Source: Phycisphaerales bacterium
GTDB taxonomy: Bacteria; Planctomycetota; Phycisphaerae; WQYP01
Direction of reading: 5' to 3'
DNA: 64,000 bases
Assembly: GCA_027451365.1 (NCBI GenBank)
Contig: DAIDJN010000054.1
Span: 3,690-67,689 of the forward strand
In this document: piece after piece, positions 39,133 through 51,000 of the stretch
Position numbering within the stretch: position 1 is the stretch's first letter
Layout: every line of letters starts with the position of its first letter
Position numbers and translations under genes: made by a program
The notes under the pieces: generated by a model
Told to the model about the DNA's origin: nothing
What the model saw: only the letters and a program-made list of their open reading frames with translations
Databases searched by the model: none

Positions 39133-40815
39133 TTACCCGTCTGGCCAATGCGGAGCATTGGGTTGCTCGGCAAAAAAGGTGTGAATGGCTTTGGCCAGAT
39201 GACTGTCATTTAATGGGAACGTTTTGCCCACTCTATCGGCATGCCACCAGCCGGGAAATAGTGCATGGCAGCCATGAGCTACGAATTTTCTCAGATCACT
39301 TAACGCCGCATGATAAAGCACTAGACTGTCCGGGGGTTGATTCGGAGCCGGATGCCACTCGAAAATTCCCCAGTTGTGGCTGTATTGGGCGATCATAGCG
39401 GGATTCAGACCGCCAAAACGAGTAATCCCGACATGCCCATTCTGCGGTAAATAGCCCGACCAGATGGTCGAAGCAGAAGACAAAGCCCGGCGGGCGCCGG
39501 CCGGCGCATCCCCCAGTAATTCCGCGGGAATCTGGTGGGCGTAAAGCAACTCCTTTGGTAAGCCCTGGGCAATAAGCAAACTGGCAACATCCTGAACAAA
39601 ATGGGCCACTTCACATTCACGGAAACCATACGCCGGACGCGACGGATTGCCTGCCGGGAAGGCATTGTTGTCGCCCTGATATGTCCAATCCCATGCCTTC
39701 CACCATGGAGAATGATTAATAATGCGCGGCGCGTCAAAACCGCCGGCGGTAAAACCCTTACCCGAATGTGGCATGGGATTAAAATTCGGATCAGTAATGG
39801 GGTCAGCAAATGTGTCTATATCCCAATAGGCCAAGGTCCAGGTGTGAAAATGTGTACCAAATATGTCGTTAAATGATTTACCCCTTCCGCTGGCGTCATC
39901 GGGCGCTGGATCATCATAAAAAGGGCTGACCCGGTGGCCATCAACTGAAATAAATGGTCCCGTGATTGACTCCGGTGCGCCCTGTCCGGCATAGCTGGCG
40001 CCGGGCGCATAAAGTCCGCGATGTCGCAGCCAGTCACGAAATTCCGCAATGGCAAATGGGCTGTAGTCGCCGAGATATTCGTTGCTGACCGCGCCGCCGA
40101 TGGCCAATTCTTCCTCGATGGCAAAATTGATGATGGCAATAACTCCGGGATACGCCCGCATAGCCGTTTTAATTTCTTCCGCCCAGCGCGTGGCTTTGCG
40201 GCGCATTTCCCCTCGAATTGCCAAAGCGTAACGGGAAGGCGTTACAACAAGTGTGTCTCTTCCCTGAGCGGGGCCGGGCATTCCGCGCCACGTTTTTCCA
40301 TTCAGCCGCCATTGATAATTCCGCAGATCGCCGTCGGGATTAGTTAATCCCCCGTCATGGGTTTGCATGGCAAAAATCACACCACGATGAATGTTATTTT
40401 CGTGAAACACCTTGAGCTGTCGCAAAAGCATCGGCAGATTTCCCGCAGCATAGATGGATGCGAATCCCAATTTGTTGTAATTATTGCCGGGACCGAATTG
40501 CTTTTTCATTTTCGCAATCTGCTCGCGATACTGGTCGTCCGTTGTGCTCTGGCGATCAAGCCCGCTTTCCCATATTGGCATGATGTAAAAGGAATTGCTG
40601 TGATCCGATTTTGGCAGGGCATTGGCGGAGCCAGTCGCATTATTTGTCGAAGCCATAATCGCGGTTACCGAATCGGCAGCAGCCCCAGAGCCAAAAGTAT
40701 TGTTTATCCCGGCCACGGAGGTAAGTATCACTCCGGCCGAAGCCGCCAGGAGCTGGCGACGCGTCATATCTTGAGCGCCGGTGGTGCCTTGCGTGTTCTT
40801 CGTTTCATTCGCCAT
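39133..40815 (-). CDS. Tat-exported putative glycoside hydrolase (GH42/clan-A-like)
   Basis: Tat motif TRRQLL; IEEE, DYSPFAIAEFRDWL, WGIFEW. Confidence 0.6.
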   Translation of the reverse strand: MANETKNTQGTTGAQDMTRRQLLAASAGVILTSVAGINNTFGSGAAADSVTAIMASTNNATGSANALPKSDHSNSFYIMPIWESGLDRQSTTDDQYREQIAKMKKQFGPGNNYNKLGFASIYAAGNLPMLLRQLKVFHENNIHRGVIFAMQTHDGGLTNPDGDLRNYQWRLNGKTWRGMPGPAQGRDTLVVTPSRYALAIRGEMRRKATRWAEEIKTAMRAYPGVIAIINFAIEEELAIGGAVSNEYLGDYSPFAIAEFRDWLRHRGLYAPGASYAGQGAPESITGPFISVDGHRVSPFYDDPAPDDASGRGKSFNDIFGTHFHTWTLAYWDIDTFADPITDPNFNPMPHSGKGFTAGGFDAPRIINHSPWWKAWDWTYQGDNNAFPAGNPSRPAYGFRECEVAHFVQDVASLLIAQGLPKELLYAHQIPAELLGDAPAGARRALSSASTIWSGYLPQNGHVGITRFGGLNPAMIAQYSHNWGIFEWHPAPNQPPDSLVLYHAALSDLRKFVAHGCHALFPGWWHADRVGKTFPLNDSHLAKAIHTFFAEQPNAPHWPDG

Positions 40816-40892
40816 AAATCGCCACCTTTCTTTTTGAGTATTTGCGGGCCATGACCAACGCTGCAACCAGCAGGGACAACAATGTGATCAAA

Positions 40893-41523
40893 TCAGGTGG
40901 AATATTCATCACCGCTGGAAACAATTTTGTAACGACCGGGTTTATGCAGAACAAAGCTGCAACGATTTTCTGGCATATGGTGCACGATGATGGTCTTCCC
41001 TTTCAGGGTCACGCCGGTACCCGGAACTGCCATGGTCGCCTGCACCGCTTTGGGCAACGTGACGGTCAAGATTTCATGATCCGAAATCTTTCTTACCTTT
41101 ACCACAAAGGCTCCAGGCGGCGTGTCCGGCGCGCCAATAAGTGCGGGCGCCCAATCTACAAAATTCCAGTTTGCCTTGAGTTTATTGACAAAGATATGAT
41201 GCTTATTAAATCCCGATTTCATGTAGCGTAACATGGATAACAGGAGTGGATGCTGCGATTGAATATATGTGAGAGCGCCGGTGTGCTGATTACCGACGGT
41301 AGAGGCCCATAGCCAGGCTGGTGGCTTGCCTGGCACATGGAGCGGTGCCTTTGGCAGCGGCAGACCGAAGGTTGAACCAACAGTGGGCGGATTCGCTGGC
41401 ATATCGGGGGTTGCAGATACGAAAGCCCTGAGGCTGCCCTGGGTTATCAATATCCAGGTCAAAGCAAAAACCGGCATTCGAAGAATATGGATTCGGAAAT
41501 TCTGTTTGTGACAGATCATGATG
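40893..41523 (-). pseudogene. Internally deleted alpha-L-rhamnosidase (GH78)-like remnant
   Basis: Signal-like N-terminus, AWLW, WNFVDW, TP.G and a C-terminal TVTLP..ATM..P..G.Y, all in about 210 aa. Confidence 0.5.
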
Positions 41524-42107
41524 ATTATCCGCAACGTGAATACCAGGATGAAACAATACCGCCTGATCGGAAAAGCGTGTTTTACCTGCCAAGACCCGCG
41601 ACGGTACAAGGTTCAGACAAATACACCGACCAATTGACCTGCCATATCCGCTTATATCGCGCCGGAGTTATTCCGGATAGGGCCAAGGTGCAAGCGCGGC
41701 AAAACGCCTGTTGGAATCAATCACCGCGTTCTTATGTCTGTTCGCGATTCACACCATCGTGGTCGTCGTGTTGTGCCGGTACAACTCCCCTTTTGGCGGT
41801 CGGTGGCATCTGCGGCGAAACCTTGAAATCAGCGGTCTGTTCCGGTTGCCTGGGCGGATTTTGCCCTTCCGCACGTCATTCACCCAACGCCCGGCCGGCG
41901 CCATTTGCTGGCCGGTGACGCTGTGGGCTGGCCCGGGCCGCGCTGCGGCGGGCGGAAGGGCCAAGGGTTGCGGCTTGCGGACAATGCGGCGTCGCTTTTA
42001 TTTATCACCCCCCCGCCGTTACAATAGCCACCAGTCGGTTTGGCTCCGTGGCGGAAAAGCGGTGATGCGACAATGACGGGTATGGTGAATCATTTACATA
42101 TATCATT

Positions 42108-43121
42108 GTGTGTTTATATTCGGTATCACGCGGAGTGCCAATAACCATCGGGAGCCAGCTTAAATCAACTTCTTTGGATGTGGCGCGCATCGGGCTGGAC
42201 AAAGCCGGGCGGGCGGCGGCATTCCTGCGCGCTTCGGGCGGCGGCGTCATGGATCTGATCGCCCATTTCTGGGACCGATTGCCCCAAACGCCCCCACTGG
42301 CGCGGAATGATCTGCATTTGCTTGTCGCCTGGCGCCCGACGGATGGTTCAAGCCCCCCCGGCGGGCCGGAAATTGATTTTTCAACTGTCTCTGGTGCCAT
42401 GCTGTATGTCCCCAAAGCACATCGGGCTGATGTGCTGGCATTGAATACCGAGGCGGCCGAAGCGTTCAGCATGTACCTGTCCGGATGGGAACGACTTTTC
42501 AGGGCCAAAGAAGGCAGAACAGAGGGAGCCGCAGGTGGCAACGCAGACAAATTACCAGATTACTATATTCCAATAAACTATATCGCAGGCGAGGCCACGG
42601 GCGTGGAAGCCATGCTGCCCCATCTATTGGCTTTGGTGAACAAGAAGGCCCCTGCCCGCAAAACCGTGAACGTGGTGATGCAGTTTCCTGCGGAAAACGC
42701 AGTTCAGCGAAGCGAACGGGTGCGGCAGGCAAAGAATGGTGATGAGGTCGCCCTGAACCGTTGGCGCAAGTTGTACAACCAGGAGCGGGGAATTTTGTTT
42801 GATGCCGATGTGGACGCCTGGATCGGTTCGGGAAACGTTTTTGTGTATGAACTGGACAAGCAGGTGGTCGGCGCGGCAAAATTTGATCTGACTCTACCGA
42901 ATATGGTTGAAATCGGCGGAGTATTCACCTTTCCAGATTTTCGAAAACGTGGCATTGGTGCGGAACTGGTGCGCGACCTGGTGGCGCGGATTCGCGCGAT
43001 GGGAAAGTCGCCTTCGCTTCAGGTAGATGTCACCAATGCAGCCGCGCTTTCGCTTTATCAGAAGGCAGGTTGGAAAATCGCCGGCAGCATGGCGAGGGTT
43101 TGGCTGAGTGAAGCACGATAG
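42108..43121 (+). CDS. GNAT acetyltransferase
   Basis: IGGVFTFPDFRKRGIG, N.AALSLYQKAGW. Confidence 0.85.
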   Translation: MCLYSVSRGVPITIGSQLKSTSLDVARIGLDKAGRAAAFLRASGGGVMDLIAHFWDRLPQTPPLARNDLHLLVAWRPTDGSSPPGGPEIDFSTVSGAMLYVPKAHRADVLALNTEAAEAFSMYLSGWERLFRAKEGRTEGAAGGNADKLPDYYIPINYIAGEATGVEAMLPHLLALVNKKAPARKTVNVVMQFPAENAVQRSERVRQAKNGDEVALNRWRKLYNQERGILFDADVDAWIGSGNVFVYELDKQVVGAAKFDLTLPNMVEIGGVFTFPDFRKRGIGAELVRDLVARIRAMGKSPSLQVDVTNAAALSLYQKAGWKIAGSMARVWLSEAR

Positions 43122-43182
43122 GCAAATTATCCAATCTCAATTGAAAAGATTCGTAATAATGTAACAATATTCTTATTACGGA

Positions 43183-43198
43183 TGTTCCACGTGGAACA
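43183..43198. promoter_or_regulatory. parS: parS site 1
   Basis: Perfect palindrome TGTTCCACGTGGAACA. Confidence 0.95.
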
Positions 43199-43614
43199 TA
43201 TGCGGGCGTTCATTTAAATTTGGTTAATCGGCGGCGAACATTGGCTTTGATAATCAATTGACAGCTAGCTGCGGATAGCGTACCACTTAATTAAGCCAGC
43301 AAAGATATATCGCCGATTGATTATTCATCGACATTCGTTGATCACCGCGCGGTCAACGATTTTGCGTTCAATTGTGGCGCAGGACAATTATTAAAGGGGG
43401 CGGTCAGCCAAAATAAATCTATCTAAGGGAGCAGAACTTCCCTTAGCTATCGCCGGCCGCCCAATGGCCGAAGGCTTGCCATGCATCAAATTCTGCTATT
43501 AGATATATGCCTATGCAACTTGTGATTTGACAAATAGACACATCATTGTTTTATGGCCCCCCTACCAAATTTTTCAACGCACCCGCTTGACCCGACTTCA
43601 ATAATCAACGACAA

Positions 43615-43630
43615 TGTTCCACGTGGAACA
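43615..43630. promoter_or_regulatory. parS: parS site 2
   Basis: Perfect palindrome TGTTCCACGTGGAACA about 80 bp upstream of parB. Confidence 0.95.
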
Positions 43631-43708
43631 TACGCATGTGCATTTCCACGACGCCGATAAATTTGGCTTAATTGCAAATGAATTAAATGGCTCAAGGAGG
43701 TGCCTTTC

Positions 43709-44677
43709 ATGTCTGGAAACAATAAACCACGCCTTGGCCGCGGGCTGAACGCTTTGCTTAACAATCGGCCAGCAGCCAAACATCCCCCCATCTCGCACGA
43801 TTCATCCATTATGACTGTGGATGAAGTACTGGCCGGGCCATCAAACGCCACCGCCCCCCTAGCGACTATTTTACCTGGAGTCCGGGTGCAAGAAATCGCA
43901 CTTGAACTGATTGATGCAAGTCCAGATCAACCCCGCACTTCCATGGACCCTGCCGCGCTGCGCGACTTGGCCAATTCAATTCAAACCCATGGCGTTTTAC
44001 AACCGGTGTTACTTAAGCCCGTCGGCAGCCGATATCAATTGCTCGCTGGCCATCGGCGAACAGAAGCCGCGAAAATAGCTGGCCGCAATACAATTCCGGC
44101 TTTGGTACGGACGGATTCAACCAGCGAATCTCAAATTGAATGGGCACTAATTGAAAATATTCAACGTCAAGACCTAAACGCCATTGAACGCGCCAAGGCC
44201 TATCGCGTTTACGTAGATCGGTTTGAATTTACCCATCAACAGGCGGCTCAGCGTCTTGGGGAAGACCGTGCTACAATATCTAACTACCTAAGAATACTTG
44301 ACTTACAGCCAGAAACGCAGCAGCTTGTGGCGGGGGGGTTGTTGTCCGCGGGGCACGCCAAAGTGCTGGCTGGAATCGAAGATGCCGCCTGGCAGGTGAA
44401 ACTAGCCAATTTGGCCGCCACCGATGGCCTGAGCGTTCGCAAACTTGAACAGCTTGCCCAGACCGGTTCGCCGGAATCGGTGACTGTCATTGCCGGTGAA
44501 GCAGGGGGGAAAAAAGTTAAAAGCCCGCACATTGTTGAAATGGAACAGGAACTGTCGCGCAAGCTGGGCACCAAGTTGCGCATCACGCCGGCCCGCCGCA
44601 AGGGCGCGGGCAAAATCATCATTCAGTATTTTTCCCTGGATGACTTTGACCGCATCGCGGAAAAATTATCGTGTTGA
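43709..44677 (+). CDS. parB: Chromosome partitioning protein ParB/Spo0J
   Basis: LGRGLNALL, QPR, GVLQPV, AGHRR..A, ENIQRQDLNAIE, R..ISN.LR, GHAK; AGGAGG RBS. Confidence 0.96.
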   Translation: MSGNNKPRLGRGLNALLNNRPAAKHPPISHDSSIMTVDEVLAGPSNATAPLATILPGVRVQEIALELIDASPDQPRTSMDPAALRDLANSIQTHGVLQPVLLKPVGSRYQLLAGHRRTEAAKIAGRNTIPALVRTDSTSESQIEWALIENIQRQDLNAIERAKAYRVYVDRFEFTHQQAAQRLGEDRATISNYLRILDLQPETQQLVAGGLLSAGHAKVLAGIEDAAWQVKLANLAATDGLSVRKLEQLAQTGSPESVTVIAGEAGGKKVKSPHIVEMEQELSRKLGTKLRITPARRKGAGKIIIQYFSLDDFDRIAEKLSC

Positions 44678-44678
44678 T

Positions 44679-45683
44679 ATGACTACATATAAAGATAAAT
44701 ATGAAAACAGCGGTGGGGGGCCTGAAGTGCCTCCGCGCGCCGAAGCCCCCGCGCCCCCGGCCATGACACCCGAACCGCCGGAATCCCCCCAACCCCGGAA
44801 CCCGGAAGCCGCGGCCGTAACCCGCACCGTCATGGACTGGCTGCGGTCGGAATACCCAAATGCCAAAAAAGGCACACTGCGCAAATTAATAGAAAATCAT
44901 GCCGTGATGCTCAACGGCCGCGCAGTCCGGTCTCTTAAGCAACCGCTGGCACCGGCGGACAGGCCCACCGTGGGCGGCAGCAACCGTCGCGAGCCGCCTT
45001 TCCGCGGCGGTCTGAAAATTATATATCAGGATGCGGATATCCTGATTATCCGCAAACCCGCCGGACTGCTGACTTCCACCACGGAAGACGAACCGCGACC
45101 GACCGTGCTGGCACTTCTGCAGGAACGCATCGCCCGCAAGAATCAGAAAATGTCTGTTCATCTGGTGCACAGGCTGGACCGCGACGCTTCAGGTCTGCTG
45201 GTGCTGGCCCGCGGCATCCGCCCGCTGGCCAATCTTAAAATGCAATTCCGCCGCCACACCATCACGCGCGAATATGAACTGGTTGTGCACGGTGTCCCTC
45301 AGCCCGCCAAGGGGCGACTGGAACATCGGCTGCTGGAAACTCCCGCCGCGCGCATGATCGTTTGCGGCCCTGACGAAGGAAAGCCCGCGATTCTGGATTA
45401 CGAGGTTCTGCAATCACATGGTGGCCGATCCCTCATCCGGTGTCGCCTGTTCACCGGGCGCAAACATCAGATCCGCGCGCAGTTTGCCGCCATCGGCAAC
45501 CGCCTTGTGGGCGATCCGGTGTACGGCACGCCGGCGGGCCGCAAGGGGGGTGAAGGGCGTCTGGCCCTGCACGCCGTGCGGCTGGAACTTAATCACCCGC
45601 GGAGTGGAAAGTCTGTGAATTTTACCAGCCCACTGCCGGATGCGATTGTCGCCCAGCTTAAGGGCGCCGGTCGCCCCGGCTGA
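44679..45683 (+). CDS. RluA/RluD-family pseudouridine synthase
   Basis: KPAGLL, VHRLDRDASGL, TGRKHQIR, GDPVYG, LALHA. Confidence 0.92.
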   Translation: MTTYKDKYENSGGGPEVPPRAEAPAPPAMTPEPPESPQPRNPEAAAVTRTVMDWLRSEYPNAKKGTLRKLIENHAVMLNGRAVRSLKQPLAPADRPTVGGSNRREPPFRGGLKIIYQDADILIIRKPAGLLTSTTEDEPRPTVLALLQERIARKNQKMSVHLVHRLDRDASGLLVLARGIRPLANLKMQFRRHTITREYELVVHGVPQPAKGRLEHRLLETPAARMIVCGPDEGKPAILDYEVLQSHGGRSLIRCRLFTGRKHQIRAQFAAIGNRLVGDPVYGTPAGRKGGEGRLALHAVRLELNHPRSGKSVNFTSPLPDAIVAQLKGAGRPG

Positions 45684-45821
45684 GCGGGAGAGTGCGGGTG
45701 CCCTGTCCTTTATAGTTTCGGTGCTGCTTGGTTTTGTAAGGCACGGTCGAGAATGCTTCCGGGCGCTTTGCGTCGGAGCCATATTGCTGACCCATTGGCG
45801 ACGCCCGTGGTGCCATGCGGC

Positions 45822-46510
45822 TTATTTCTGCAGGGATGCGGACATGGACGCCACGATATTGAACGCCCGTTCTACATCAAATCCGGAAAAATCGGCTGCC
45901 CGCAGTACAGGTCTCAATTGCGGTTCAACCTGCTGCCGCAGCGTGGCCAGTCGCATAGCGGAAATGTTGACTGGATCATTTCCTGGTATGGCCAGTTTTT
46001 GCCGCACAAGTCCAATCGTATCCGGAGTTTCGGGCTTTATCCCAAGCTTTTGTACCGCGTAATCAAGGTCGAAAAAATCGCGCACGGCCACTTGTCGCCG
46101 TGCCAGCGCGGCCCGAAATTTCTCTGCGAACGCCTCCAGCCGTGAAATGCGGTTGATGGCCACCGGGGCAATCAGTGAATTGATCGAAATCGGATCTCGC
46201 AGGATCGTTCGCACGGAGCCGTTGACGGTGTCAAGAAGCAGCGGCTCGCGCAAGGCTACTTCAAGTTTGATGGTATCGCTTTGCGATTCCACCAACGGCG
46301 TATATCCGATCTGGCAGATAAAGACCCCTGCGCGCCCGCGTCATCAGGCCGCCCCTCGCCAGACGGCTCAGGAGTTTGCGTTCATGCTCCGGTTGCATGC
46401 GCAGTACCGACGTGGTCAGGTCTCCAGTGCGCAGTGTCCGCAGTTTGCGCATCTGGATATTCGCAAAAAACTGAGTTTCAAGTGGCCCAAGGTGTCGCTT
46501 CGTAGCCGTA
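45822..46510 (-). pseudogene. Collapsed AbiEi/AbiEii type IV toxin-antitoxin remnant
   Basis: Antitoxin-like N-terminus (LETQFFA.IQMRK..LSRLAR.G...R.RRGLY; probable start reads ACG) fused near 46315 to a toxin-like C-terminus (IKLEV, AEKFRAAL.R....RDFFDL). Confidence 0.75.
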
Positions 46511-46722
46511 TTATATTATCAGGTAAATACCATGGAAAAGCATTATCAATAAATACCATACGGGCTTGAAATCCGCTCGAAAGGGGCAGGGAGCGGGCGT
46601 TTAAATGTTGAAGTTCCATGACCTGTCCCATTGCTCTAAAGAATCTTTCAATCATTATTTCAGTGGTCAAATATGTCCAAACCCATCCATCAACCGTCGT
46701 GTGGATGACGTGATCGGGGTCT

Positions 46723-47862
46723 TTAACCGCCGCGCTTTCCGGCAATTGTTGCCAGATTCTGCGCTGCGGCCTGCGCCCATTGGGGGTCTTTGGCCGCGGC
46801 TTGAAAGCTTTGCCGCGCCGCGTCCATTTTGCCCAGATGGACATAACAGATGCCCAGGTCCAGCAGTGTCTGGCCGCCAAGAATGCCGCTTTCAAATGAG
46901 GGTATTGGTTGCCAGTTTCCGTCCGCGGCCAACCGCAGAATATTTTCCAAAGTCCCGGCCGCTTCGGCCAGGCGCCCCTGCTTAAATTGCCAGTTGGCCC
47001 GGCGCCACAACAATGGCGGCCAGCGCGGAAACCAGCGGGCCGCGATCTGATGTAAATGTTCCAATGGCAGGCCTGAATCAAATTCGCCGCGGCTTTGCCG
47101 CACCAGAATCGAATCCAGCAGCGGCCCGACCATCGGCTCGGCAGGGGGGGTGGCTTGTCGCACCTGCCCAAGCACCTGCTCCCAGGCCTGTAAAAGATAG
47201 GTTCCGCTACGGGAGTCACCCATTTTCAGGAGCGCCTGTGAAAGTCGTATCTGATAAAACAGTTGTCCGGGCCGATCAGCCAGTTCCATTTCCATCAGTC
47301 GAATGTTGCGCCGCAGTTTGTCCGACTCGTCGGCGGTATTGTAACCATCATGAAAGATTCGTATGTTCGCCCGTCTGATTTCCAAGCCCAGTCGGGCTGC
47401 GGTTGCCTCCAGCGGCGGCACAAAATGCTCATGCACCCGGCCGGTCAGCCGAATATCTGGTCCGGCACGAAAAATTCGCGGCAGGGGGGTTGGACTGAAT
47501 TTTGGAATGCCCTCCGGGCCGGAAACGTCGGTTATATCGCACAACCATGACAGCACGTTCGAGTTGCCCAGGCAATGGGCCAATGCCGCCGACGAACCGC
47601 TATCCAACCATTCGTCAGCATCCAGCCAGAAAATCCAATCCCCGGAAGCCCTGCCGAAGGTGGCATTGCGTGCCGCGGAAAAATCCTCCCGCCAGGGATA
47701 TTCAAAACTCTTCAATAGCGGCACAGGCTTGATGTATTGCAGAAAATCGAGGCCCGCGGTGGCGGCTATAACGATTTCATCGGCAATTCCGGAAACCGAC
47801 GCCAATGCCCGCGGCAGTTGTCCCGTCTTCTGCCCCACTATCATGCAAACCGATAACCGCAT
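46723..47862 (-). CDS. GT2 glycosyltransferase with TPR repeats
   Basis: LSVCMIV, WREDFSAARN, WLDADE, GRVHE, HDGY, RN; TPR-like C-terminus. Confidence 0.9.
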   Translation of the reverse strand: MRLSVCMIVGQKTGQLPRALASVSGIADEIVIAATAGLDFLQYIKPVPLLKSFEYPWREDFSAARNATFGRASGDWIFWLDADEWLDSGSSAALAHCLGNSNVLSWLCDITDVSGPEGIPKFSPTPLPRIFRAGPDIRLTGRVHEHFVPPLEATAARLGLEIRRANIRIFHDGYNTADESDKLRRNIRLMEMELADRPGQLFYQIRLSQALLKMGDSRSGTYLLQAWEQVLGQVRQATPPAEPMVGPLLDSILVRQSRGEFDSGLPLEHLHQIAARWFPRWPPLLWRRANWQFKQGRLAEAAGTLENILRLAADGNWQPIPSFESGILGGQTLLDLGICYVHLGKMDAARQSFQAAAKDPQWAQAAAQNLATIAGKRGG

Positions 47863-48018
47863 AAGCCCCGCGCATTTTCAAATGAATCGGTTAGCCCATC
47901 CACGGCCATTCGGACAGAGCGCCCGGTCCGACCGCTCGCATCAGGCCCATTCATATCCATGAGGATAATGTTAAATGACGCCTTGGCAACCAATATGCAG
48001 TCCGATGGGGGCATCGCG

Positions 48019-51000
48019 TCAGCGTCCGGCAATTCTCCGTCGTGCCAGCAGCGCCAACCCACCAACAGCAATAATCGCCAGTGCCGCGGGTTCAGGCGTA
48101 GACGCCGGTGTAACCGTGAAACTTGCCTGCGGCGTATTGAATTCAAGCTGAACGGCAAAGGGATTGGTACCGGGGACGATGTTGCCGATGGAGAACGTCG
48201 TCGCACCGCCGCCCGCCAGGCTGCTGAAATCAAACGTGTTGGTAGAGCCTGCATCGCCGCCGAAACCCGTATATGTGGTACCGTCCACGGTTATCGTCAG
48301 GTTGTCATAGCCGGATCGGAACGCATCAATTTTTGTAAACAATGCCCCGGATGTCATGGTATAAACCAGCGTTTCCCCGGCCGGATCGATCCAGCTTCCG
48401 CTGTAAACGTTGCTGAAACTTTCGCCGCCGTTGCCAAGGGCCGTGCCTATTTTCGCTGTGCCCGGACTGCCGCCGCCGCCGGGCGTGAATGCGAAGTTGG
48501 ACAAAATAACTTCGTTGGGCTGACTGGCACCGGGACCATAGCTGACATTAAAGCTTCCAAAGCCATCAGTCGTTTCCACCGTTCCGCCGGAAATCGCGTT
48601 GCTGAAACTGCCGGTGATTCCGCCGGTGGCCTTAATGATGGTGAAAGAGTCCCCGGATGTGATGGTTTTCTGGAAATTATTAACGAATTGCACACCAAGC
48701 TGGCCGCCAGCGGTCATGGTCCCGCCGATCACCAGGTAATCGTAACCGTTGCTGGCGGTACCCTGGCCGGTACCCCCAATATGGAAATCAGTAGATGCGT
48801 TTGAGCTTCCGGAGTAATTATTGACGATAGTAAAAACACCGGCCACCCCGCTAAGTCCGCCACCGTATTGCGGATTGCCGGGACCAAAACTTCCACCCGT
48901 GTTATAAAAGCTTCCGGAAAAACTTCCGCCGTCGCCACCGCCGAATCCATATCCTCCACCCAGAGTAAAATTGCCGCCAAATAGAACGCCGCCACCACCA
49001 CCACCACCACCACCGCCACCGCCACCACCGCCAAAATAAGTGACGCCCGCAGTTTGGGTGTAATTGGTATGCACGTAAAGCGTCCCGCCGTTGGTCGCCT
49101 CCAGCGTACCTGAATTCGTGACCGTGCCGTAAATATTCAGCGTCTGGCCATTTACATCGGCATCAATCGTGCCGGTGTTGACCAGGCCGACATTGTAATT
49201 TCCGGCAGGATCTCCAATCGTGCCGGCACCCTGAATAATACTGTTGTTGGTCAGTGAATCGGTGCCCTGGAAATCGGCACCCTGCAATAGAGCGGCACTC
49301 CCGTTGTTATCATTCAGTTGAAGGACGCCACTGCCGTTCAGCACGACATTTCCTGAAATGGACAGTAGTTCACCGCTGTGAAAAATCATGGTGCCGGAAT
49401 TGTTGATGGTTCCTTTGAGCGTCAGTCCGCCACTGTAGATGCCGCTGTTTAATGCGTTTAAATTTCCGTTCAGCGTCACTGGCGTCGTGGTTCCATCCAG
49501 CGTGCCGGAGTTTGCGTAAATTTGGGAATTTGCATCGGTGGTCAGCGTTCCGCCCTGCACGATACCGCCATTAAGCGCTACACTTCCGCCGCCGGTGGCC
49601 GACAGGCTGCCACCCAGAATCGTGGCCCGGTCAAGATTCAGTACCGAGCCGGTGCCGGAGGCCAGAATGTTGCCACTGCTGTTGGCAATCAGACTGCCGC
49701 CAAGGTCCAGAGTAGCGCCACCGGTGGCCTCAAGCGTGCCGGAATTGGTAATACCGCTGTTTCCGCCATTGGAATAGATGTAAAGGGTTGCACCGCTGAC
49801 ATTTGCATTGACCGTGCCGGAATTATTTAACAGGAAGCTGTTGGAAAAGCCGACGATACGGCCCGCTCCGGAAATAGTCGCTTGGTTGGTAAGCGTACTG
49901 TTAGAATCGTACCCTTCCAAATAACTTCCCGAAGCCATGATTATACCGCCTGAGCCGGAAAGCGTCGTGGCACCGCGAAAATCAACGGTGCCCGCGCCAT
50001 AACCGCCGCCAGCCGGGAGCGTGGAAAGCGATCCATCAAGCGTGATATTTCCGGAAAGATCGAGTGTGTCCGACGGGTTGACGGAAAAATTCGATGCCAG
50101 CGTCAGAGGCGAAACCGACCCATCGAATCGCGTCGTCTGATAGTGGCCCGAACCAAAAATCTTAATGACACCACCCGCCACCTCGTTTAACGTTCCCCCC
50201 TGCACTTGTGACCCGTTCAATGCCACAACCGAGCCGGTGCCGCTGGCCAGTATGGTGCCACCCCCATCGCCGATAATGGCGTTGGAGGCAAATGCCAACG
50301 TGCCGCCGTTAGTCGCCTCGAGTGTGCCGGTGTTGGTGAAACTGTTCGCCCCACCCAGCAGGAGTGTCTTGCCGGTAGCGTTGGCATCCACGGTGCCGGA
50401 ATTCGCGAAACTGTTAAGATCAAAATTCGTCGCGCTGGAATTTCCCACCGTGCCCGAACCTTGAACTGTTCCTTGATTAATCAGCGAATCACTGATGTTT
50501 GTTGGGCTGCCACCCAGAAAAGCCGTATTTCCGCCATTGTCGGCCAGGGTAATCGTTCCCTTGCCGGCAATGGTCGTAGGCCCGTTGATGTACAGCCAGG
50601 TGGCGTCACCGGTGCTGGTAATGTTGATCTGCCCGTTATTGGTAATAGTTCCCTGCAGCGTCAGCGAATACGCCGCCGTGGCGGATCCGCTGTCGGCCAC
50701 ATTAATTGTTGAGTTATTCGTCAGCCCGCCGGTGGGCGTGCCATCCAGAGTGGCCGAGGTAGCCACGAAGGACCCATTGCCCGCCAGGGAACCTCCGCCA
50801 ACCGTAATGGCGAACAACTGAACCGTTGTGCCCGAATCGGCCTGAATTGTGCCGCCACCGTTGGCCAGCGGCCCTGTCCCGGTAAATTCCAGTGAACCAT
50901 TTTGCACTTCCACCAATCCGGCATTGGTTAAATCGGCGGCATAAAGAAAACTGCTGCCTGTGGTGTTCATATGGCCGCCAGTCAGGATGTCAATGGAATC

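Noticed and set aside
43122-43708. oriC call
   Set aside because: AT-rich, but I found no cluster of consensus DnaA boxes and no dnaA in the window.
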